Source: Acholeplasma laidlawii PG-8A (GTDB lineage: Bacteria; Bacillota_I; Bacilli_A; Acholeplasmatales; Acholeplasmataceae). Taken from it: a stretch of DNA of 32,000 bases. The notes beneath the pieces were generated by a model that saw nothing but the letters and a program-made list of their open reading frames with translations, made no database searches and had not been told where the DNA came from. This document shows positions 1 through 6,527 of the stretch, one piece after another (positions within the stretch are counted from its first letter, which is position 1; each line of letters begins with the position of its first letter). The stretch is taken from contig NC_010163.1 of assembly GCF_000018785.1 (NCBI RefSeq), forward strand, positions 660,001-692,000. Direction: 5' to 3'. A program made the translations under genes and the position numbers.

Positions 1-34
1 TGAAATTATTAACTTAGATAATAAAAAAGATGGA

Positions 35-1261
35 ATGATAGTTAAAACTTTGCCATCTGATACTTTTGATAATTTAAAGCTTTTCATAGAAGAGTTTAAC
101 ACCGAAATGCATGAAGCTGATGCTCTTGATTTTATGCGAGTTGGATATAAGCGAAACTATGGTGATGTTATTACCATAAGAAATTATGTCGGTTTGATTC
201 AAATGAATGATGGAACTCAAATAGAAGTATTACCCAAGCTTTCTTTTGAAGGTGAATATGAGACTATTGCTAAGCAAGTCTTTATTAAGATGCTCAGAAG
301 TCTTAAAGAGTTTTCAGGTAAGGTTTTTAATTCTGCAAGCTTAAATGTTGATCGTATGAATCTTTATGAGATTTTTATTAGCATGTACATTCAAGAAGTG
401 AGACATTTGGTTAAGACAGGTATCAAGTCTTTTTATGAAACTAAGGAAGATAATCTGAAGGTTTATAAAGGAAAATTAAAAGTAAAAGAGCAACAACGAT
501 ATAACAATGTCCATAAAGAGAGATTTTTTGTTGCTTATGACGAATATACGACTAATAGACCAGAGAATAGACTAATTAAAAGTACACTGTTAAAGCTGCA
601 AAAATTGTCGAATTATATAGAAAATGTCAAAGAAATACAAAACCTGTTAAATAGTTTTGAACTAATAGAACCATCTACCAACTTTGATAGTGATTTTTCT
701 AAGGTTACAATTAATAGAGGTAATAAAGAATACGAAACAATTATGATATGGTCAAAGGTGTTTTTATATAACAGAAGTTTTACTACTTTTTCTGGAAGTA
801 CTACAGCAAGAGCTTTATTATTCCCAATGGAGAAGATATTTGAATCGTATGTTGCTTCAGAGTTAAAAAAACACTTGCGTGATAAAGACTGGAGTATATC
901 AACACAAGACAAAGGCTTTTATTTATTCGATGAACCATCCAAGTTTTCACTTAGACCTGATATAGTTATAACTAAAGAAAATGACGAAACAATCATACTG
1001 GATACGAAGTGGAAAATACTAATAGATGATGAACGTAAGAACTATGGTGTTTCACAAGCAGATATGTATCAAATGTATGCATACGCTAAGAAGTATGAAT
1101 CAAAAAAAGTATTCGTTATTTATCCTTTGAACCCAGAAATGAGTAAATACGCTATAGATGGAATCGAATTTAGAAGTGAAGGGATTTCTGTTCAGTTACT
1201 ATTCATTGATTTGTTAAATGTTGATGATAGTCTTAAATACATTACGGACAAAATGATATGA
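35..1261 (+). CDS. mcrC: McrC, the nuclease subunit of a McrBC-type modification-dependent restriction system
   Basis: The 408-aa ORF shares blocks I recall from E. coli McrC: NRLIKSTLLKL (compare NRIIKSTLAIL), a PD-(D/E)xK core RPDIVI...IILDTKWK (nt 959-1009; compare ETDITI...LIIDAKYY), and QADMYQMYAYAK (compare SQNLYQLMNYLW). The reading frame is open back to nt 2, so the true start could lie upstream. An upstream gene could end at TGA 1-3 or TAG 15-17. Confidence 0.85.
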   Translation: MIVKTLPSDTFDNLKLFIEEFNTEMHEADALDFMRVGYKRNYGDVITIRNYVGLIQMNDGTQIEVLPKLSFEGEYETIAKQVFIKMLRSLKEFSGKVFNSASLNVDRMNLYEIFISMYIQEVRHLVKTGIKSFYETKEDNLKVYKGKLKVKEQQRYNNVHKERFFVAYDEYTTNRPENRLIKSTLLKLQKLSNYIENVKEIQNLLNSFELIEPSTNFDSDFSKVTINRGNKEYETIMIWSKVFLYNRSFTTFSGSTTARALLFPMEKIFESYVASELKKHLRDKDWSISTQDKGFYLFDEPSKFSLRPDIVITKENDETIILDTKWKILIDDERKNYGVSQADMYQMYAYAKKYESKKVFVIYPLNPEMSKYAIDGIEFRSEGISVQLLFIDLLNVDDSLKYITDKMI

Positions 1262-1347
1262 TTTTCTGGAATTCAAAAAAAATTATATTTAATTATTGCT
1301 ATATGTTATTCTCTTCACATAATCAAAGAAAAGGATGTGAAGATTAA

Positions 1348-1857
1348 ATGAATAATGAAAAAATAATTGATATAGGTACTCAAATAGTTTCAAAGATTCT
1401 GGACTTCCCAATACCCGAATTATATATAATAGAACAATCAAAATTGCCAAACAAAGAAATTACAGGTATTTATTCATTTGGTGAAAACGAGATTATATTT
1501 AATGAGGAGTGGGTTAATAGAAGTCAATGGATAGAGGTTATTATTACTGTGTTCCATGAAATGCGTCATGCCTACCAGGGTTATTGCATTAGAACGAAAA
1601 CTAGAGAATCAGCTGAAACTATAAAAGCATGGGAATCTGAAATTAACTGTTATATTATGCCTTCAGGAAAGAATAATGGAATAGATGATCAAAGCTACTT
1701 AACACAAGAAATAGAAATTGATGCGATCGCATTTGCTCATTGGATCGTCAAGAAAGAATTTGATCTAAAAACAGTAATACCGGATTTAATTAAAAAGAAA
1801 GTCAATGAAAAGATTAAGACATTTGAAATTATAGGAATAACTCAAATAAATCTGTAA
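1348..1857 (+). CDS. Small zincin-like putative metallopeptidase (FHEMRHAYQ motif), paralog A
   Basis: 169-aa ORF with HExxH at nt 1555-1569 (HEMRH) followed by AYQ. A downstream acidic E-x-x-A-x-x-(F/Y)-A segment (QEIEIDAIAFAH) could supply the third zinc ligand, as in gluzincins. No signal peptide or TM segment is visible. The family was not identified by eye. Confidence 0.6.
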   Translation: MNNEKIIDIGTQIVSKILDFPIPELYIIEQSKLPNKEITGIYSFGENEIIFNEEWVNRSQWIEVIITVFHEMRHAYQGYCIRTKTRESAETIKAWESEINCYIMPSGKNNGIDDQSYLTQEIEIDAIAFAHWIVKKEFDLKTVIPDLIKKKVNEKIKTFEIIGITQINL

Positions 1858-1888
1858 ATAAAGTGGCACTTGCCAGAGGGAGTTACAA

Positions 1889-1954
1889 ATGAGTAGCATC
1901 AATTCATTTTTTGATATTAAATTAGTTTTAAGAAAAGTTGGGATGGATATATGA
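1889..1954 (+). CDS. 21-codon micro-ORF (MSSINSFFDIKLVLRKVGMDI) translationally coupled to the second HExxH gene
   Basis: A strong SD (GAGGGAG, 1876-1882) lies 6 nt before ATG 1889. The stop TGA 1952-1954 overlaps ATG 1951 of the next gene (ATGA overlap). The downstream gene's own SD is weak (GGGATGG). There is no homology evidence. Confidence 0.3.
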   Translation: MSSINSFFDIKLVLRKVGMDI

Positions 1955-2631
1955 TTAATTGGCAAACGATATCAGAAAGAATAATGGATTTCATAGATTT
2001 AAATGAAGATAATAGACCAAGTTATCATAAGATCGATTCTTATAGTGTCAAATTTCTAGGAATTGATAAGACAATGTTTAGAAGTTCTAAAGACGGTGAT
2101 AGTATGGATCAGTTGTGGTTAAATGAAACCGAAGATGGTAAAATTATTCTCTATAAACTGTTTCATGAGTGTTGGCATGCATATCAAAAAAGTAAGGGTT
2201 ATGAAATGGGATACTCGGATGAAGATAGACTAAAATATGTAGGAAAACAACACATGATGATGCTTTATAAATATCCTTTTGAGGCTGAAGCAACAGGATA
2301 TGCAGCAGCTTTCGTCTATACCGTCTATAAATTTTCTGATCTATTAAATAAAAAGTGTTTTGACAAGAAAATTGAAGATTCTTATACAAATATTGAGCTC
2401 TTTCCAGAAAAAGAGTTTGATACTAAGAATGATTATTTAATAATTAATGAACAAATTGAGACAAATTATGAAAAGGGAAAATCTTATATAAAGAATCAGT
2501 TTAACACTTCATTGAGTAATGAAATGGAAAGTGTAATTGATGATTGTAAAGTAAACGATGAATTTAAAAAGCATCTTGTAAGTAAAAAGGGATTTATTAT
2601 TTTTGAAATCATTTCCGAATTGTCAAAATAG
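1951..2631 (+). CDS. Small zincin-like putative metallopeptidase (FHECWHAYQ motif), paralog B
   Basis: 226-aa ORF with HExxH at nt 2164-2178 (HECWH) followed by AYQ, and a downstream PFEAEATGYAAAF segment. It shares the motif architecture FHExxHAYQ ... E-x-x-A-x-x-(F/Y)-A with the 1348-1857 product, which suggests a tandem paralog pair. Confidence 0.6.
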   Translation: MINWQTISERIMDFIDLNEDNRPSYHKIDSYSVKFLGIDKTMFRSSKDGDSMDQLWLNETEDGKIILYKLFHECWHAYQKSKGYEMGYSDEDRLKYVGKQHMMMLYKYPFEAEATGYAAAFVYTVYKFSDLLNKKCFDKKIEDSYTNIELFPEKEFDTKNDYLIINEQIETNYEKGKSYIKNQFNTSLSNEMESVIDDCKVNDEFKKHLVSKKGFIIFEIISELSK

Positions 2632-2724
2632 GTCTTCGTAAAGGCATAGTATCGAAGTGGTAGCAACAGAAGTGCTCAAAGAGTTTTATCTACTTCCAGA
2701 AAGTTATGGAAAGGCGGTTGAAAA

Positions 2725-3732
2725 ATGAAAGAAAAAGACATTAAAGAAATAGAAGATATTTTAGGCTATACTTTTACAAATAAAAATTTATTAATTCAAG
2801 CCTTTACTCGAAGTTCTGAAAGAGAAAAAAATAACAATCGCGATTCTGAGATATTAGAGTTCATCGGAGATACTGTAATTAATTATGTAATTATTCAAAT
2901 GTTTAATAATAATTTGTTTAATGCAGATAATTACGGATTGAATTCTCAATATTCTGAGGGTGAGTTGACAGAATTAAAAAGCTTAATAGTAGAAAATAAA
3001 AATTTAGCCGCAAAAATAGACGATTTTGGTCTTGATCGTTTTTTAAGATCCGACAACTCAAAACAAATACCTTCATCTTTCAAAAGTGACTTATTAGAAA
3101 GCATTGTGGGGGCTATCGCAATCGATTCTCATTATGAAGAAAAGGAAATATATGAAATAGTAGATTATTTGTTAATGCCTCGTGCTTATATAGGGTCCTT
3201 AAAATTTAATTATTATTTAAAATTGAAACAATGGTGTAAAATTAGATGTACTTCATCAAATAAATTAAAAGAAAATGTAGAAGAAATTAAGAATGATAAC
3301 AACATACAGTATAAGACAACTTTGCGATTTGGTAACTATGAAGTAAGTGCTATAGATAATAGTAAAATAGATTCATTGTTTGAAGCTTCCATACTTGCCA
3401 TGAAAAAAATTACAGATAATAAAGATGAAATAACCATTAAAGATTTTTTAGTAGGCTTAGATCAAAATAACGGTTGGAGCTATCTTCAAAAAATCCAAAA
3501 ATTAGGCTATTGTTCCAACCTTTCAAAAGAATATAAGAAGAATGAAGATGGAACTTGGAAAGCGACATATATGGTTGACGGTATGCGAACATTGTACACT
3601 GATACCAATAAAAAAAATGCTGGAAATATATGTGCACTAATCTGCATCAACTCTTTAATTGAACCACGTTTCCAAATGGACGATAGTATCTTGGAGCTTT
3701 TAAGAAAATTAAATTATAAAGAAACGGCTTGA
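2725..3732 (+). CDS. Atypical RNase III-domain protein with an extended C-terminus carrying two dsRBD-like segments
   Basis: The N-terminus carries the RNase III signature SEILEFIGDTV (nt 2848-2871; compare ERLEFLGDAVL). The second catalytic block is SDLLESIVGAIAID (compare DxxEAxxGAxxxD). The C-terminal ~180 aa contain two segments ending in helices like the dsRBD alpha-2 helix: YKTTLRFGNYEVSAIDNSKIDSLFEASILAMKKI and WKATYMVDGMRTLYTDTNKKNAGNICALICINSL. At 335 aa it is longer than a typical bacterial Rnc (about 225-250 aa). Confidence 0.75.
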   Translation: MKEKDIKEIEDILGYTFTNKNLLIQAFTRSSEREKNNNRDSEILEFIGDTVINYVIIQMFNNNLFNADNYGLNSQYSEGELTELKSLIVENKNLAAKIDDFGLDRFLRSDNSKQIPSSFKSDLLESIVGAIAIDSHYEEKEIYEIVDYLLMPRAYIGSLKFNYYLKLKQWCKIRCTSSNKLKENVEEIKNDNNIQYKTTLRFGNYEVSAIDNSKIDSLFEASILAMKKITDNKDEITIKDFLVGLDQNNGWSYLQKIQKLGYCSNLSKEYKKNEDGTWKATYMVDGMRTLYTDTNKKNAGNICALICINSLIEPRFQMDDSILELLRKLNYKETA

Positions 3733-3753
3733 GCCACTTGTTAAGCCGAAAAT

Positions 3754-3813
3754 TAGGGGTGCGTAAATTTTAATAGGGGTGCGCAAATTTTAGTAGGGGT
3801 GCGTAATTGTATT
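3754..3813. repeat. Three head-to-tail 20-bp direct repeats: TAGGGGTGCG(T/C)AAATTTTA(A/G)
   Basis: Read directly. Unit 1 is 3754-3773 (TAGGGGTGCGTAAATTTTAA), unit 2 is 3774-3793 (TAGGGGTGCGCAAATTTTAG), and unit 3 is 3794-3813 (TAGGGGTGCGTAATTGTATT). The period is exactly 20 bp with no spacers. The array starts 22 nt after the RNase III-like stop codon. Confidence 0.9.
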
Positions 3814-3834
3814 AAAATAGGTCACCCAACACAG

Positions 3835-3869
3835 TCGAGTAATGGGGACTTGAACCCTATAAATCACTC
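3835..3869 (-). other. tRNA-like acceptor/T-arm minihelix fragment (possible tRNA 3'-end remnant or att-site relic)
   Basis: The minus strand reads GAGTGAT-TTA-TAGGG-TTCAAGT-CCCCA-TTACTCGA. It contains a T-loop-like GGTTCAAGTCC (plus-strand 3846-3856). GAGTGAT can pair with ATTACTC, with one G-U pair. No D or anticodon arm and no CCA follow, so it is not an intact tRNA. Confidence 0.25.
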
Positions 3870-4139
3870 TTTTGATGAAGGAATCAAACATTGTAATTGT
3901 ACCTGGTGATCTAGTGGAAAAACCAGTAAATATGTTACTTTGGTATTATAGACAGTTTTTGAGTATGTAAAGGTAAACATATTTTTGCCGATTTTGATGT
4001 TACTTTGATACACACAAGGTTGATTTTGCAAGCAATTCGGTCGCATCAACGCACGTTGAAAGTATTGTATTACTTGAATTAAAAATGTCTATGTAAAGCT
4101 ATCAAATAAACTATAAAAACTATTTATCTATAAGATTTA

Positions 4140-4170
4140 GGCTGGAAATTCATATTTCCAACCTTTTTTT
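4140..4170 (+). terminator. Rho-independent terminator closing the transcript that runs through the RNase III-like gene and its ~400-nt 3' non-coding region
   Basis: GGCTGGAAAT (4140-4149), loop TCAT, ATTTCCAACC (4154-4163): a 10-bp stem with one mismatch, followed by T7 (4164-4170). There is no U-tract on the other strand. Confidence 0.7.
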
Positions 4171-4618
4171 ATTAAGTCTATTTTTCTAATGTATTGTGAG
4201 AGCGTTTTGCGTGATTAGAATATTTTTAATAGGTTATGGAATAATAAATTTGAATTTGATTTTAATATGATGGATTGGATCAGTAAATGTACCCTCTGCA
4301 ACTGGTCTTTGTGTGAAGGACTTATCAATATTTGTGATATGGAAAGTGAGCATAACAAATCAAATTATATTATTTCATAACTTATATTGGATTATATGAT
4401 ACAGTAGGGATATAATATCGAGATGTTTTTCCAGGCATTAAGTATGAATTAACATATATTTGTAGAAAGGGAGATGATGTAAGATGTATAGTTAACAAAT
4501 GTCTTGACATAGTAACAGTTTTTAATATGTTCTATAGTTATAAACGTGATAAGTATCTAAAAGATAAGATAAATATACAAAATATGCAACAAAAATAGAA
4601 TAGGAGTTTTGAGGAAAT

Positions 4619-5092
4619 ATGAAAAAACTATTTTTATCAAGGTTTATAATAGGGGGAGTCTTGATTTTATGTTTAGGATTATTAGCTGGATGTGAAAACA
4701 GTATGTATAAGGAAGTTGATTTTGGTGGAACATTCTCAAGTCCGGGAATTAACATTGAACCCTTACTAATTAAGGAATACGATGAATTAGTTTCCTTATT
4801 TAATGAGTATGAGATTGAGTGGGAAAATGGATTGGCAATATGGGAGCGATATGATAAAGGTTATTTTAAGAATAAGGCACTAATAATTTATGTCTTTGGG
4901 GTTTCTGGCGATGTAGAACCCCTTATAACAATTGATGGAGTGCAAGTTGATGATAATATTATTAAAGTTTTACTTGTTCAGCACGGAACAACAACTGGAC
5001 TTGCATATTTCCAAAAAAACCTTGTCATAGAAGTAACCAAAAGTTTTATTGGTAAGACAACTAGTGTAGAAGTTGATATCAAAGTTAAATAA
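4619..5092 (+). CDS. Putative lipoprotein of unknown function
   Basis: 157-aa ORF. SD GAGGAAAT lies 5 nt upstream. The signal peptide ends in the lipobox LLAGC (MKKLFLSRFIIGGVLILCLGLLAG|C). The mature part is soluble and beta-rich. A faint resemblance to PrcB_C-type lipoproteins is my impression only. Confidence 0.7.
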   Translation: MKKLFLSRFIIGGVLILCLGLLAGCENSMYKEVDFGGTFSSPGINIEPLLIKEYDELVSLFNEYEIEWENGLAIWERYDKGYFKNKALIIYVFGVSGDVEPLITIDGVQVDDNIIKVLLVQHGTTTGLAYFQKNLVIEVTKSFIGKTTSVEVDIKVK

Positions 5093-5117
5093 GAAACATA
5101 TTAAAGAGGATTTGTCT

Positions 5118-5219
5118 ATGAGAAATGGTAATAAAGCCACAAATAAGATTAAGATATACATTGTGAGATTTTATTATCAGGGTCAAGTATCAGAGGTTTT
5201 CATATGGTATTTAGAGTAA
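5118..5219 (+). CDS. 33-aa mini-ORF (MRNGNKATNKIKIYIVRFYYQGQVSEVFIWYLE) downstream of the lipoprotein gene
   Basis: SD AAAGAGGA (5103-5110) lies 7 nt before ATG 5118. The ORF starts 25 nt after the lipoprotein stop and sits before the terminator at 5301. It could be a real small protein or the remnant of a decayed gene. Confidence 0.3.
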   Translation: MRNGNKATNKIKIYIVRFYYQGQVSEVFIWYLE

Positions 5220-5300
5220 TCACAAACAGACTAAGTATATAGAAAATATCGTTCTTCTCGAGTTAAAATAACATAGTAAATTACAAAGTGTATAAATAAA

Positions 5301-5332
5301 CAGCCATATCGCATAGTAATATGGCTGTTTTT
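5301..5332 (+). terminator. Rho-independent terminator
   Basis: CAGCCATAT (5301-5309), 9-nt loop, ATATGGCTG (5319-5327), then T5 (5328-5332). Confidence 0.7.
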
Positions 5333-5603
5333 CTATATCGATAGGTGAAATATAATTTAGAGAAAATTATAGATAATCATATCTAATTATTTCAATACAA
5401 ACTTAAACTAAAATTCTGCTTTTGTAAGCTTATACTCCCTAATGAATTCACCGTATCGTATTTTAAAAGAGATTTCAATCATTCAAATAAACTTTTTAGT
5501 TTTTGGTGCGAAGGTTATTAGTCTATAAAAACAAAAACTTCTTAATTGATACATCTTTTTCTATTATAAATATGTATTGAATTGCTAAAAGAACACATAA
5601 ATT

Positions 5604-5631
5604 TTGAATATATGTTCATTTAAGATATAAT
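5604..5631 (+). promoter_or_regulatory. Sigma-A type promoter candidate for the HAD hydrolase gene
   Basis: -35 TTGAAT (5604-5609), 16-nt spacer, -10 TATAAT (5626-5631), about 50 nt upstream of ATG 5685. Confidence 0.5.
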
Positions 5632-5684
5632 GGTCTATGATCAATCATTTATGCGTGATGACAATATAAAAAAGAGGTTTTACA

Positions 5685-6398
5685 ATGAAAAAAATGTTTG
5701 TTTTTGATTATGATGGGACTTACTACAGGAATAATGAAGAACTTCAAAACAACATAAAACTTATGAATAGTGCACGAAAAAAGGGGCATTTACTTGTTAT
5801 TGCAACAGGAAGAAGTTATGTAAGTTTTATGAAAGAAGTAGAGAAATTTAATATTGACTATGACTATCTAATCTTATCTAGTGGTGCATTAATAATAGAT
5901 AAAAATGAGCATATCATAGGTTCATATATGATGGATTTAAATCTAGTAAAAGGTGTTAACAAATTACTAGAACCGTATCATGCGAGTTTACAATCTCAAA
6001 TGTATATAGATGAGTTCATGAATAGTGAAATATTATCTCAACTTAATCAAGTCATTAAAATGACCTATACCTTTAATAAAGGTGATATCTGTTATGAGAT
6101 TCAACAATCAGTTAATACATACACCCATGAAGAATTTAAAACATATGTCGTTGCTGGTACATCTTATGATTATGTAGAAATTATTTCATCTAAGACAAAT
6201 AAGGCTGTAGCTATACTAGATTTACTAAAACATATTCAAGAAGACTACACAATAGTTGCTGCAGGTGATAGTGAAAATGATGTTGAGATGCTTATTGAAT
6301 TTGATGGTTATTTAATGAACAATCATGATCCTAGACTGGATACCTACCGATTAAGAATTGTTGATTCTATAGAATCCATTGTAAAAAAAGAAATTTAA
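5685..6398 (+). CDS. HAD-superfamily hydrolase, Cof-type (HAD-IIB) sugar-phosphatase-like
   Basis: Motif I FDYDGT at the N-terminus, motif IV GDSENDVEM near the C-terminus, and a cap region between them. SD AAGAGGT lies 7 nt upstream. Confidence 0.8.
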   Translation: MKKMFVFDYDGTYYRNNEELQNNIKLMNSARKKGHLLVIATGRSYVSFMKEVEKFNIDYDYLILSSGALIIDKNEHIIGSYMMDLNLVKGVNKLLEPYHASLQSQMYIDEFMNSEILSQLNQVIKMTYTFNKGDICYEIQQSVNTYTHEEFKTYVVAGTSYDYVEIISSKTNKAVAILDLLKHIQEDYTIVAAGDSENDVEMLIEFDGYLMNNHDPRLDTYRLRIVDSIESIVKKEI

Positions 6399-6409
6399 TC
6401 CCAACTTAA

Positions 6410-6464
6410 AACAACTCCAATTATGATAAATCTTAGCGATTTATGCATCATTGGGGTTGTTTTT
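6410..6464 (+). terminator. Long-hairpin intrinsic terminator
   Basis: AACAACTCCAA (6410-6420) pairs with TTGGGGTTGTT (6451-6461). There is additional inner pairing (ATAAATC/GATTTAT). A T-run follows to 6464. Confidence 0.55.
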
Positions 6465-6527
6465 GAAGTCAAATAGCATAATATTTTATAAAGTTTTGGT
6501 AATATAAAATAAGTCTATAAAATAGAA

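Noticed and set aside
613-912. Antisense or overlapping ORFs in the six-frame track: 613-912(-), 2144-2389(-), 3437-3637(-), 4522-4755(-), 4970-5161(-), 8589-8837(-), 9709-9915(-), 15537-15821(-), 19591-19773(-), 23155-23373(+), 29600-29953(+)
   Set aside because: Each lies inside or opposite a well-supported gene. None has an SD or a recognisable motif, and their low-complexity composition is typical of shadow ORFs in AT-rich DNA.
1864-1876. TGGCAC...TTGC resembling a sigma-54 -24/-12 promoter
   Set aside because: TGGCAC is immediately followed by TTGCC with no spacer, whereas the consensus needs 5 nt (TGGCAC-N5-TTGC). It is just a short palindrome, TGGCA-CT-TGCCA.
2725-3732. Calling this gene simply rnc (housekeeping RNase III)
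   Set aside because: The catalytic motifs fit RNase III. However, the length, the divergent double dsRBD-like tail and the defence-island context argue against assigning the housekeeping symbol without seeing the whole genome. I left it unnamed.
3754-3813. Could the 20-bp repeats be a CRISPR array?
   Set aside because: The units are directly adjacent with no spacers, there are only three copies, and the third is degenerate at its 3' end. No cas genes are in the window. This is a tandem repeat or iteron-like array, not CRISPR.
3864-4049. 61-aa minus-strand ORF in the non-coding tail after the RNase III-like gene
   Set aside because: It has no SD and no recognisable motif. It runs against the plus-strand terminator at 4140-4170 and overlaps the tRNA-like fragment. 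It is more likely chance.
4267-4380. 37-aa Cys-containing ORF (MMDWISKCTLCNWSLCEGLINICDMESEHNKSNYIIS), possible bacteriocin-like or zinc-ribbon peptide
   Set aside because: There is no Shine-Dalgarno sequence upstream (only AT-rich sequence), no leader-peptide cleavage motif, and no neighbouring modification or export genes. I kept it only as a note.
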